Assembly: GCA_017483305.1 (NCBI GenBank)
Contig: JAFULC010000009.1
Location: forward strand, 7,337 to 71,336
Length of the DNA stretch: 64,000 bases
From: Clostridia bacterium
GTDB lineage: Bacteria > Bacillota > Clostridia > Oscillospirales > CAG-272
Direction: 5' to 3'
The position numbers were made by a program, and so were the translations under genes. The notes under the pieces are model-generated. The model did no database searches, was not told the origin of the DNA, and saw only the letters and a program-made list of their open reading frames with translations. Shown here piece by piece: positions 8,925 to 18,033 of this stretch (its first letter is position 1; each line of letters opens with the position of its first letter).

Positions 8925-9015
8925 ATTTATTTCCTGATTTTTTGGATTTCAAACTTCTTACAAGCCTTGTAACTTCCCGAATAATGAGGAAAAACATATT
9001 GAAAACCGTGCAGGT

Positions 9016-9726
9016 TTATTTATCAAGACTCCATCCGTGGTCACCGTGATAGATCATCTGACGCGTCATACCGCCGTCAACGCAAATGTTTTCTCCGCTG
9101 ATAAATCCCGCCATGTCCGAGCAAAGATAAAGCACGATATTGGCGATATCGGGGGGATTTCCCACTCTGCCAACGGGCTGCTGAGTAGCATCCGCGCCTG
9201 TGTAGACCGTGTAATCGTTGTCGATCCATCCGGGAGAGACCGAATTTACACGCACCTTCCCTGCAAGACTAACCGCAAGCGCGTGTGTCAGAGCGAAAAT
9301 TCCACCCTTTGCTGCGGTATAGCTCTCGGTCTCGGGCTGACTCATTCTGTCGCGCGACGAGGAGATGTTGACGATACTCGCGCCTTCGACAAAATACGGA
9401 GCAAAAAGCTTTGCAAGGTAAAACGGTGCGGTCACGCCAACCTTCAAGGCGTATTCAAAATCCTCATAGCTACAGCTTGTAATACCGCACATTTTAGGCG
9501 CGGCGTTGTTGATAAGACAGTCAACGCGTCCGTGCTCTTTTATTACCTTTTCGGCGAAGACCTCAAGCGTTTTCTTGTCGGCAAGATCGCCCACGAAGCA
9601 ATCGTTATCAAGCAGATCGATAACACAGACCGTTGCTCCCGCCTCCTCGAATTTTTCGCGTATGCACTTGCCAATTCCTCTTGCGCCACCCGTTACAACG
9701 ACAACCTTTCCTTTAAAATCAAACAT
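9016..9726 (-). CDS. SDR-family oxidoreductase
   Basis: VVVVTGGARGIGKCI glycine-rich loop, NNAA, and the YTAAKGG catalytic Y-x3-K. SD is AAAGAGG. Confidence 0.85.
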   Translation of the reverse strand: MFDFKGKVVVVTGGARGIGKCIREKFEEAGATVCVIDLLDNDCFVGDLADKKTLEVFAEKVIKEHGRVDCLINNAAPKMCGITSCSYEDFEYALKVGVTAPFYLAKLFAPYFVEGASIVNISSSRDRMSQPETESYTAAKGGIFALTHALAVSLAGKVRVNSVSPGWIDNDYTVYTGADATQQPVGRVGNPPDIANIVLYLCSDMAGFISGENICVDGGMTRQMIYHGDHGWSLDK

Positions 9727-9750
9727 TTTTAAACCTCTTTACGATATCTT

Positions 9751-10416
9751 TTACCAAATAAACGGCAACAATCTGTATTTAACGCGTTTTTTATACTCCG
9801 TATAGCCCTCAAGCCCTGCTTCAAGCACCTTTTCCTCGTTAAGTATACGAACAACGATCACAACAATGTACGGTGCGAAGCAAAGGAGCGCCCACCACGA
9901 TCCAAGCACAAGCGGGATCGAAAGAAAGAGCCAGATAGTCACCGCATACATTGGATGACGGACGATGCCGTAAAGTCCAGTATCGATCACCTTTTGGTTC
10001 TCCTGAACCTCGACTGTTCTTGAAAGATAGGCGTTTTCCCGCGTCACCTCGGCGTAAAGCGCGTAAGAGATCAGCAATATGACCGACGAGGCGATTACGA
10101 CCCATATCGGAACCTCAGACCATACGAAGCGAAAGTCAAGTCCCGCAACGACAAATCCTGCAACGAACAATAATCCCGAAACGGCGACAACTCCCTTTTG
10201 CGTGTTCTGCTTTTCCTTGACTGAAATTCGTTTTTCAAGCAATTCGGGAGCTTTTATCAGAAGAACAACGCCAAGAATGAGCATCGGCACAAATAAAAGT
10301 CCGATAAACAGCCACCCATTCAGATATTCTATGCTCCCTGCAGGCAGGAACAGTAACGCTCCCACTAAAATCAAACCGAAAATGAATTTTACCAAGGCCC
10401 TGAATGCAAGCTTCAT
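9751..10416 (-). CDS. Membrane methyltransferase, isoprenylcysteine carboxyl methyltransferase (ICMT)/phospholipid methyltransferase family
   Basis: Polytopic protein with the family motif GLYGIVRHPMY...LNEEKVLE...Y. Confidence 0.7.
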   Translation of the reverse strand: MKLAFRALVKFIFGLILVGALLFLPAGSIEYLNGWLFIGLLFVPMLILGVVLLIKAPELLEKRISVKEKQNTQKGVVAVSGLLFVAGFVVAGLDFRFVWSEVPIWVVIASSVILLISYALYAEVTRENAYLSRTVEVQENQKVIDTGLYGIVRHPMYAVTIWLFLSIPLVLGSWWALLCFAPYIVVIVVRILNEEKVLEAGLEGYTEYKKRVKYRLLPFIW

Positions 10417-10446
10417 TTGAGATATCCTTTCGCTAATATATCCATT

Positions 10447-11568
10447 TTATTTGTCTTGCGCTGCTCTGTATTTTTCGTCAGCGCAGGATTTGCCGAAATA
10501 CATCAGCTCCCACACCGCAGGATCACTGACTCTTTCAACAACCTCACCTTTTTCGAGCTTCTCTACGGTTGCAACGCCCTCGAATCGCAAATATCCACCG
10601 TCGAACCCGATCATTTTGGCAAGAAGACCGAGAGGCTTTGGCAAAACGTCAACGAAGCGAGTTTTATTGATATCTCCGCTACGCTCGTAAATAATTCGAT
10701 ATTCGTCGCCCGATTCGGTCGTATATTCGTAAATAACCTTATTGTACACAGGCTTTCCGGTATATTCGTCGATATATCTATCCTCGGGCATAAATTTCAA
10801 AGTGTGATTTGAGTTATCACCAAGTATCTCGCCATCCTTTGCGATCATAAATACGTCGTGATCCTTGTATCCGTATTTCTTTTCTGCGGTTATCCACGAG
10901 GAGATGACCTTATAATTTCCGATCTTTGCCCTACCCCAATACCAATGGTGCATAAGCTTGGGCATTGAGATATTTCCCCAATTGTGATCGTGATATCCGG
11001 AGCCCTCAAGGTGCAATTCCTTCCCACCGTCATAGACAACGTCAGCCACTGCAACGCCCTCGGGTATGGAAGGCAACCAAGCAAAATAATACTCCTCATT
11101 GTCGCCGAAAAAGATGCTTCCCGTCTGCGAACGCCAGGCTCTTATCGTGCCGTCAAGCGTGAGATGGGCGCTCATTGTCTTACCCTTAAAGACAACGTCA
11201 TAATGCTTGAGGTCGCCGCTGCATCGGCATTCGCCGATCCTTACGTCACACTTATCCTTCGCGTAGTGGCTTTCCTCAATCGTTGCATAGACCTCCTCGG
11301 AGAACTTTCTTCCGTCGGGGAGAGTCAGCTCCATCGTGGATATCGGCTTTATCGGACCGTCAACGTCGATCGGCATTTTCGAGAAGAAAAAGATAACAAG
11401 CACCGTTCCGTCGGGATAATGTGAATCGTAGTACCACCATTCATAGCAGCCCTTTGAGCCGTCAACGCGCGACCCGTCCTCCCATAGCTCGACCTCATTT
11501 TTCTTCAATCCCATTTTTTCATAATGGAAGGTGTCGTCGGGATGTATTGATTTCTTTATGTTTTTCAT
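10447..11568 (-). CDS. Hypothetical protein, possibly CrtC/AttH-like lipocalin-domain family
   Basis: Good SD (AGAGGAAAAGGA). YEWWYYDSHYPDGTVLVIFFF and HHWYWGRA are reminiscent of the CrtC N-terminal domain. The call is from memory only. Confidence 0.4.
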   Translation of the reverse strand: MKNIKKSIHPDDTFHYEKMGLKKNEVELWEDGSRVDGSKGCYEWWYYDSHYPDGTVLVIFFFSKMPIDVDGPIKPISTMELTLPDGRKFSEEVYATIEESHYAKDKCDVRIGECRCSGDLKHYDVVFKGKTMSAHLTLDGTIRAWRSQTGSIFFGDNEEYYFAWLPSIPEGVAVADVVYDGGKELHLEGSGYHDHNWGNISMPKLMHHWYWGRAKIGNYKVISSWITAEKKYGYKDHDVFMIAKDGEILGDNSNHTLKFMPEDRYIDEYTGKPVYNKVIYEYTTESGDEYRIIYERSGDINKTRFVDVLPKPLGLLAKMIGFDGGYLRFEGVATVEKLEKGEVVERVSDPAVWELMYFGKSCADEKYRAAQDK

Positions 11569-11608
11569 TCCTTTTCCTCTTTTTGAAATAAAAATGAAAT
11601 TGCTTGTT

Positions 11609-11863
11609 TTATTTCGTGAGCTTATCTATTCTCTCTAGGTACCGGCGGTACTCTGCCTCAGGCAATCTGCCGCCCGTTCTGTCGGAAACCTCATCAGAGT
11701 TCATCTCTCTGAATTCATAATCGTGTCTGAATTGCATAAAGGTTATGCCGCAATCGACCCACTTTTGTTCTTTCTCGTTGTAAATAACAAAGAAATCATA
11801 CGTCTTTTCGTGTGCAAGTAGAAATCCGTTGCGCAGATCCTCGTAGTAGTTTATAGTGCTCAT
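11609..11863 (-). CDS. Hypothetical small protein (84 aa)
   Basis: ATG with a GGAGGA SD. No recognisable motif. Confidence 0.5.
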   Translation of the reverse strand: MSTINYYEDLRNGFLLAHEKTYDFFVIYNEKEQKWVDCGITFMQFRHDYEFREMNSDEVSDRTGGRLPEAEYRRYLERIDKLTK

Positions 11864-11973
11864 ATTGTTCCTCCGTTCAAATCGATTACTTGTTCTTTTC
11901 TTGGGACATTCTCGTTATCAGCATCATCCTCACACCACTGGCGCAGAATGAGACGATTTGTTTCAACAATCAT
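11860..11973 (-). pseudogene. 37-codon remnant of a GNAT (RimJ/RimL-type) N-acetyltransferase N-terminus
   Basis: Not in the ORF track because it is under 60 aa. Reads ATG...MIVETNRLILRQWCEDDADNENVPRKEQVIDLNGGTI*. The first 19 aa match the typical GNAT N-terminus (ET-RLILR-W--DDA). Its stop overlaps the next ATG (ATATGA). Confidence 0.35.
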
Positions 11974-11985
11974 CGCAAGTCCTTC

Positions 11986-13080
11986 TCAATTGACTCCCAT
12001 TCTCTCTTTAATACGCTTTAATTCGTCCTCAAATTTCGGGTTTCTTAAATCCCCGTCCACCTTCCATTGCGGCATCATATCCCAATAAGGCACATTTGAC
12101 CCCTCTTCAATGCACTTAAGTAATATGGGAAGCTTAATATTTAAGCTCCATCCTATGCCATTATTGCTATAATCGGCTTTAATTGCTAATAAGCTCGCAA
12201 TTTGGGCAAAGACTTTGCCGTTTTGATAACAAAAAACATTAGGATGTTTAATATCAATGCTTCTTCCGTAGTGAACTGTGTAATTATCTTCGTCGGGTGC
12301 AATAGGTATGTTTCCAATTATTTCACATTCACCATAATAAAAAATATTATCCATAATCATTTGTGAAGGCAACATTTTATAGCCAACAAGCTGATCAGGT
12401 GTGAGGGTTTTATCCTCGGTTACAATATGATACACTGCTACACAAAGCGGTTTCCCCATAAATATATCCCAAAATGGAACTCCGTCTTTTCTCATCTTGG
12501 CATAGTCAACAAGAATACGGCCGTATCCGTACAGATGTCGACTTATTTTAAATCTAAAAAAATCTCCCTCCTGATATTTTTTGTGCGTCTTTTTACGCTG
12601 AGAAAACTCATTTATTTCTGACATCTCCTCAACCCCCGTATGACAACACCACATCTCTACCCAATCAGCAAAAGCTTGAAGATCTTTGATCTCATTGGAT
12701 TCGTAATCAGAACGATAATAATTTTGACTGGTATTATTGTTTACTACAACTATTTTGCCACGATTAAATGCAAGCGCCATTCCTACAGGCGTTTTACTTG
12801 TCAGACTTGAAACAGTTAAAATCTGTGGCTTGCCCTTGCTGGTTTTCGGCATTATTTTTGTACAGTCGTCGGATAGGAGCAGATCTACGCCATATTCATA
12901 ATACATTTCTTTTCCTGCAAAATCACATACTTGTATTACTTTAACTATTCTTTTACCATCCAAAAATGCATAGGTAATGAAATCATCGTTTCCCCCTGCT
13001 TTTATCTGAATTTTACGCCACGATTCAAGCACAGGTGTCAAGGCAAAACACTTTCTCTGTTCATTAGTAAGTTCAAACAT
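11986..13080 (-). CDS. Hypothetical protein (364 aa); middle region resembles immunity-protein-like families (weak)
   Basis: ATG with a GAAGGAG SD. The GDFFRFKISRHLYGYGRILV stretch is reminiscent of Imm26-type domains, but this is an unverified recollection. Confidence 0.55.
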   Translation of the reverse strand: MFELTNEQRKCFALTPVLESWRKIQIKAGGNDDFITYAFLDGKRIVKVIQVCDFAGKEMYYEYGVDLLLSDDCTKIMPKTSKGKPQILTVSSLTSKTPVGMALAFNRGKIVVVNNNTSQNYYRSDYESNEIKDLQAFADWVEMWCCHTGVEEMSEINEFSQRKKTHKKYQEGDFFRFKISRHLYGYGRILVDYAKMRKDGVPFWDIFMGKPLCVAVYHIVTEDKTLTPDQLVGYKMLPSQMIMDNIFYYGECEIIGNIPIAPDEDNYTVHYGRSIDIKHPNVFCYQNGKVFAQIASLLAIKADYSNNGIGWSLNIKLPILLKCIEEGSNVPYWDMMPQWKVDGDLRNPKFEDELKRIKERMGVN

Positions 13081-13571
13081 GATTGCAACTCCTTCAAAAA
13101 CTCATCTGCTTCTTCTCGGCTTTTAAAAACGACAATATCTCTGCCATCCCTGTATTTATCGATCAACGCATAGATCGACGGCAAATTTTTGCTTGAGAAT
13201 TCTTCAATTTCCGCCTTCAGCTTCGGATCGAGCTCGGTATCTATCCACGGCATGTCATAGCGATCCTTGCCAAGACGAGAAATAGCTCCGTCAAGACACA
13301 CCTCCGATGGCAGATCAAACAAAAACACAGTATCACACGCCGCGATCCGACTTTCTATTGTTCGACTGTAATTGCCGTCTATTATCCAAGCATCAAGCGC
13401 AAGGATTTCGGCAAGCCGTTTATCGTATTCTTCTCTCGAAATATGTGTTCTGTCGGGCTTGTGCCAAATGGCATCAAGATAAAACAGCGGCAGATTGCTC
13501 TTATCTCTCAGCTTTTCCGCAAAGGTTGTTTTTCCCGAACCCGGACACCCGATCACAATAACCCTTTTCAT
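13038..13571 (-). CDS. P-loop NTPase, adenylate-kinase-fold 'topology modulation protein'-like ATPase
   Basis: MKRVIVIGCPGSGKTTFAEKL Walker A sits at the chosen ATG (13571). The track start at 13625 would overlap the upstream gene. The 3' end overlaps the next gene by 43 nt. Confidence 0.7.
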   Translation of the reverse strand: MKRVIVIGCPGSGKTTFAEKLRDKSNLPLFYLDAIWHKPDRTHISREEYDKRLAEILALDAWIIDGNYSRTIESRIAACDTVFLFDLPSEVCLDGAISRLGKDRYDMPWIDTELDPKLKAEIEEFSSKNLPSIYALIDKYRDGRDIVVFKSREEADEFLKELQSCLNLLMNRESVLP

Positions 13572-13575
13572 TCTA

Positions 13576-14133
13576 TTATTTGATCTTCTTTCCATCCGAG
13601 AACGCCTGACCGACCTTCTCTCCAAAGCTCCAATAAGCGTGCGTTACGCTGTCATAAATTATGGGATCGACCTTTTTCGCATCAATTCTGCCGGTTTCAT
13701 CAAGAACACTCTCGTCGGCAGACACGTTGACTATCTCGCCGATGCAAATACCGTCCTCGTTGAACTTTATAAGCTTACATTCGACAGTCATTGGCAGCTC
13801 GTCGATGATAGGCGCGTTTACAAACTCGCTCCTCGTAGCGTGAAATCCCGCTTTAGCAAATTTATCGGGCACATCGTTTGCCGAAACGATCCCAACGTAG
13901 TCGCAAGGCACGACCTTGCCTGCCGTCGCAAAGCTCAGAGTAAACGCCCCTGTTTTTTTGATGTTTTCCGTGGTTTTATGATCGTGAGCAAGGCAGACCA
14001 TGACCTGATTAGTGTCGTAAATGCCGCCCCAAGCCGCATTCATCGCGTTGGGAGCATTGTTTTCGTCGTAAGTGCCAATAATCAGCACGGGCATAGGATA
14101 AAGCCATGTTTTTGCGCCGAAATTCTTTCTCAT
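13576..14133 (-). CDS. Flavin reductase-like (FMN-binding split-barrel) protein
   Basis: YPMPVLIIGTYDENNAPNAMNAAWGG is typical of the family. ATG 14133 has better spacing to AAGGAGAG than ATG 14139. Confidence 0.7.
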   Translation of the reverse strand: MRKNFGAKTWLYPMPVLIIGTYDENNAPNAMNAAWGGIYDTNQVMVCLAHDHKTTENIKKTGAFTLSFATAGKVVPCDYVGIVSANDVPDKFAKAGFHATRSEFVNAPIIDELPMTVECKLIKFNEDGICIGEIVNVSADESVLDETGRIDAKKVDPIIYDSVTHAYWSFGEKVGQAFSDGKKIK

Positions 14134-14204
14134 ATCCATCTCTCCTTCGTTTCCATAAAATCTTCCAACTTAATTATAACAAAATACTCTGGAAAAGTCA
14201 ATCC

Positions 14205-14249
14205 TAAAAAAGAATACGCCGATGAGGTTTCTCGCGATTCCCCATCGGC
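14205..14249 (-). terminator. Intrinsic terminator after the ABC ATPase gene
   Basis: On the minus strand, gccgatgggg-aatcgcgagaaa-cctcatcggc is followed by gtattctttttt. Confidence 0.55.
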
Positions 14250-14269
14250 TGTTTCGTTATTCAATTAGA

Positions 14270-15394
14270 TTATACGAGAAGGTTAGCCTGCGTTTCGGGA
14301 TCAAAGAAATGCATTACCTTTCCTTCAAAGGTTACGTAAATGGTGCTGCCGTAAACGAGCGAGGCTCTCTGCTCATCGCTGAGCGAAACGGTAGGAATAC
14401 GAACGATGAGCTTATCACCGTTGTCCTCTACCACGTGGAGATGAAGCTCGCTTCCCATCATTTCGTTTACCACGATCTTGCAAGGAATAGCCTCAGGGTT
14501 GTCGGAGCTTGAAAGAACGAAGTGCTCGGGACGAACACCGAGAATGACCTCGCGAGATCCGATTCTCTTACCCTTGAGCATTTCTGCCTTCTTGCCGGTC
14601 ACCTCTATTTTTGCGCCGTAGGGATTGACGTAATACTTATCGCCCTCACAAACAAGCTTGGTCTTAAAGGTGTTCATCTTGGGAGCGCCGATAAATTCCG
14701 CAACGAAAAGGTTGAGCGGCATATCAAACACCTCTGTGGGAGTGCCTACCTGCTGAATGAATCCGTCCTTCATGATAACGATTCTGTCTCCGAGTGTCAT
14801 AGCCTCGGTCTGATCGTGAGTTACGTAAATAAATGTAGTGTCAATCTTCTGACGGAGCAAAATGATCTCTGCTCTCATCTGGTTACGGAGCTTAGCGTCG
14901 AGGTTGGAGAGCGGCTCATCCATAAGGAATACCTTACTGTCTCTTACCATTGCGCGTCCGATCGCAACTCTCTGTCTCTGATCGCCCGAGAGAGCTCTGG
15001 GCTTTCTCGTCAGATACTCGGTGATGCCCAGTATCTCGGCTGCCTTGGTTACCTTTTCGTAAACGATCTCGTTGGGAACGTTCTTGAGACGGAGGCTGAA
15101 CGCCATATTCTCAAATACCGTCAGGTGAGGATAGAGCGCGTAGTTCTGGAATACCATCGCGATATTACGGTCACGGGGCTGAAGATCGTTAACGACTACA
15201 CCGTCGATCTCAACAGTACCCTCCGAAATATCCTCAAGACCCGCGATCATTCTAAGCGTGGTGGACTTACCGCATCCCGAAGGACCTACGAAAACGATAA
15301 ATTCCTTGTCGGCAATATCAAGGTTGAATTCCTGAACCGCAACCGTGTCCTTGCCGTATATCTTCTTTACGTTAGTTAATTTAACACTTGCCAT
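14270..15394 (-). CDS. Sugar ABC transporter ATP-binding protein (MsmK/MsmX/UgpC/MalK type)
   Basis: GPSGCGKST Walker A, LSGDQRQRVAIGRA signature and FLMDEPLSNLD Walker B, plus a MalK-type C-terminal regulatory domain. ATG 15394 with GGAGGAAAAT is preferred over the TTG at 15406. Confidence 0.9.
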   Translation of the reverse strand: MASVKLTNVKKIYGKDTVAVQEFNLDIADKEFIVFVGPSGCGKSTTLRMIAGLEDISEGTVEIDGVVVNDLQPRDRNIAMVFQNYALYPHLTVFENMAFSLRLKNVPNEIVYEKVTKAAEILGITEYLTRKPRALSGDQRQRVAIGRAMVRDSKVFLMDEPLSNLDAKLRNQMRAEIILLRQKIDTTFIYVTHDQTEAMTLGDRIVIMKDGFIQQVGTPTEVFDMPLNLFVAEFIGAPKMNTFKTKLVCEGDKYYVNPYGAKIEVTGKKAEMLKGKRIGSREVILGVRPEHFVLSSSDNPEAIPCKIVVNEMMGSELHLHVVEDNGDKLIVRIPTVSLSDEQRASLVYGSTIYVTFEGKVMHFFDPETQANLLV

Positions 15395-15406
15395 ATTTTC
15401 CTCCAA

Positions 15407-16291
15407 TTATCCTTTTACTGCTCCGCCGGTTACGCCCTCAACGTAGTACTTCTGTAATGCGAGGAAGACCGCAACTACGGGAATCGCCACGATAACGCCC
15501 GCGGCACAGAACATAGTGTAATGCGTGTTCATATTAGTTCGCGAGAGCCATTCGTACATACCGACCGCAACGTTCATACCCTGACTGTTCTCATGAATGA
15601 GATAGCTGGCAAGAACAAAGTCTCCCCAAGGAGCCATAAAGCCCATAAGGATAGTGTAAATAACGATCGGCTTGGAAAGCGGCATAATAACCTTGTAGAA
15701 CACCTGGAAGCGCGTTGCGCCGTCCACTCTTGCCGCCTCGTCAAGGCTCTTCGGGATCGTATCGAAAAATCCCTTCGATACGTAGTATCCCATAGCACTG
15801 CTCGCACAGTAAACGATTATAAGTCCCAAGGGAGCCATTTCCTCGATCAAATGTGCATCCGCAAACACCTTGTAGATAAGGATCATAGTAAGGAATCCGG
15901 GAAACATTCCGAGAATGAGCATCATATTCATCAGCGCCTTTCTTCCCTTGAAGCGAAGTCTGGAAAGAACGTAGCTCATAGACAGAATAAATATCGTCTG
16001 AAGCACTGCGGTAGCAACGCCCATGATCGCGGTGTTGCCGAACCACTTAAGGAAGTCGGTCTTTGTAAAGAGCTTGACGTAATGGTCAAAACCAAATTCC
16101 TTTGGGAAAAGGTAAGGAGTCTGCATATTTGTTTCGGTCTTAAAGGATTCAAGAAGGATACCGACAAACGGAAAAAGCCAAACTATCGTGATAATAATGA
16201 GCACAATATAAATTATCGTGTTGCTTATTCTTCTGCTTGCACGCGCACCCAGCCCGGTTTTTCTGATTTTGTTATCGTTTTGTTTTTTCAT
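15407..16291 (-). CDS. Sugar ABC permease (MalG-like)
   Basis: DEAARVDGATRFQVFYKVIMPLSKP permease loop. ATG 16291 overlaps the upstream TGA by 1 nt, with GAGGAGGA upstream. Confidence 0.85.
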   Translation of the reverse strand: MKKQNDNKIRKTGLGARASRRISNTIIYIVLIIITIVWLFPFVGILLESFKTETNMQTPYLFPKEFGFDHYVKLFTKTDFLKWFGNTAIMGVATAVLQTIFILSMSYVLSRLRFKGRKALMNMMLILGMFPGFLTMILIYKVFADAHLIEEMAPLGLIIVYCASSAMGYYVSKGFFDTIPKSLDEAARVDGATRFQVFYKVIMPLSKPIVIYTILMGFMAPWGDFVLASYLIHENSQGMNVAVGMYEWLSRTNMNTHYTMFCAAGVIVAIPVVAVFLALQKYYVEGVTGGAVKG

Positions 16292-17850
16292 CACTTGTAA
16301 TCCTCCTCATTTCTGGTTGACGGAATTACGTTATAGACGATCAAGGACAGTACCGCGACCACAAGGAAGACAAGAATACCGATAATTGATGCCATATAAT
16401 ACTTACTCTCCGTGCTTCCAAGTGTCATCTTGAAGAGCCAGGTGATAAGCAAGTCAGTGTGACCTACCGACGCTCCTCCCGCCGTTCCCTTGATCGGGTT
16501 ACCGCCCGAGAGAAGATAAATAACGTTAAAGTTGTTAAGGTTACCTACGAAGCTCGTAAGCAGATAGGGACCCGTAACAAAGAGCATATAAGGAAGCGTG
16601 ATCTTCGTTAACTGCTGAACCGAGCTCGCGCCGTCTATCTTTGCGGACTCGTAAAGGTCCTGAGGAATATTCATCAATATTCCCGTTGCCATCAGCATGA
16701 TATAAGGAATACCTATCCAGATATTGATAACGATAAGCAAGATCCTCGCAACTGTCGGCGAATCCCAGAGGGATACGAAATTATTTGCAACTCGCCAGTT
16801 GTGAATGAAGGGTATCTGCTCGAGAACTCGGCCTATAAGTCCTGAGGTCGTAAAGAGCTTCGAAACGTAAAGCAGAGATACGAACTGCGGGATCGCGATA
16901 GTCATAACGAGAACCGTTCTCCAGAATTTTTTGATCTTGATTCCCTTCTTGTTGATCATGATCGCAACGAACATACCAAGGAAATAGTTAGTAAAGGTTG
17001 CGAAGAACGCCCACATAAGAGTCCAGGAAAGGATCTCACCAAAGGTAAGACCAAGACCACCCTGGCTGAAGTTAAAGAGCTCGTTAAAATGATCGAGACC
17101 TACCCAGCTGAAGAGGTTGGAATAACCGTCGTGTGCTGCATCGTAGCTTGTGAAGGCAACGAGCACCATGTAGATAATGGGAAGCACGGTAAACGCCAGA
17201 ATTCCCGCCAATGGAAGAGCCAGAAGCGTCTTGTGGAACTGATCGTCGAGCAACGATTTCACATCGTCCTTGCCGCTTCTTATCTTTTTGCCCTTTGCAG
17301 TGATATCCATACAGATACGGCACTGCTTTACCTGAAGTCTCCATGTGTAGATAAAGGCAAAGATAAATATGAAGGTAAGAAGTCCGTAGAGCATTACCTT
17401 TACAGAGTCATCTCCCGGTACCCAAACGTCAGTGTCGAAAACCTCATTGTACTGGAATCCGCCCTGAACGGTACCAATAGTTGCACCCTTTTGAAACCAA
17501 TTTCCCTTCGAGAGCCAATATATACCGCCCGTAGGAACGACCATATACGCGATAAACACAAGCTCGAACAAAAGGAATAGGATTCCACGCATTACCTGTC
17601 CGTAGAACAGGTTTCCAAATCCAAAAATAAAGAAGGATAGCTTTACCGCCCAGTTTCCGCGCTTGAAGGTTGATCCGATGTCAACGAATTCGTCTTTGAC
17701 CGCGATGCCGCAGTTTTTGAAGAATCCACCTATCTTCTTTATTCCCTTCCATAAAGCCGACGGAATAGCGCAAAAGAATAACGCAAACTTATACCAGAAA
17801 GCCTGCCATTTATTCAGTTTTAAATAATCCAGATCGCTTAGTCTTTTCAT
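16291..17850 (-). CDS. Sugar ABC permease (MalF-like, long N-terminal extension)
   Basis: 519 aa, multi-TM, with loop ESAKIDGASSVQQLTKITLPYML. Confidence 0.85.
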   Translation of the reverse strand: MKRLSDLDYLKLNKWQAFWYKFALFFCAIPSALWKGIKKIGGFFKNCGIAVKDEFVDIGSTFKRGNWAVKLSFFIFGFGNLFYGQVMRGILFLLFELVFIAYMVVPTGGIYWLSKGNWFQKGATIGTVQGGFQYNEVFDTDVWVPGDDSVKVMLYGLLTFIFIFAFIYTWRLQVKQCRICMDITAKGKKIRSGKDDVKSLLDDQFHKTLLALPLAGILAFTVLPIIYMVLVAFTSYDAAHDGYSNLFSWVGLDHFNELFNFSQGGLGLTFGEILSWTLMWAFFATFTNYFLGMFVAIMINKKGIKIKKFWRTVLVMTIAIPQFVSLLYVSKLFTTSGLIGRVLEQIPFIHNWRVANNFVSLWDSPTVARILLIVINIWIGIPYIMLMATGILMNIPQDLYESAKIDGASSVQQLTKITLPYMLFVTGPYLLTSFVGNLNNFNVIYLLSGGNPIKGTAGGASVGHTDLLITWLFKMTLGSTESKYYMASIIGILVFLVVAVLSLIVYNVIPSTRNEEDYK

Positions 17851-17912
17851 AATACAAATATAAACCGAGTTTATATAACTCCTTTCCGATCAGAGTGCTC
17901 ATAACGAGAAGA

Positions 17913-18005
17913 CATTGTTAGCCGACACACAAGACAAGTGTCCGTCCTATGCATCGGCTAACAATGCCTTTGTCGAGGATAGCGGATCGCAAGGATCCGC
18001 TATCC
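17913..18005 (-). other. Two strong hairpins in the binding-protein/permease intergenic spacer
   Basis: A 13-bp stem, cattgttagccga (17913-17925) / tcggctaacaatg (17954-17966). A 12-bp stem, ggatagcggatc (17977-17988) / gatccgctatcc (17994-18005). Neither has a U-tract. Confidence 0.6.
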
Positions 18006-18033
18006 CTTAGATAAATATCAACTTAAACCGATA

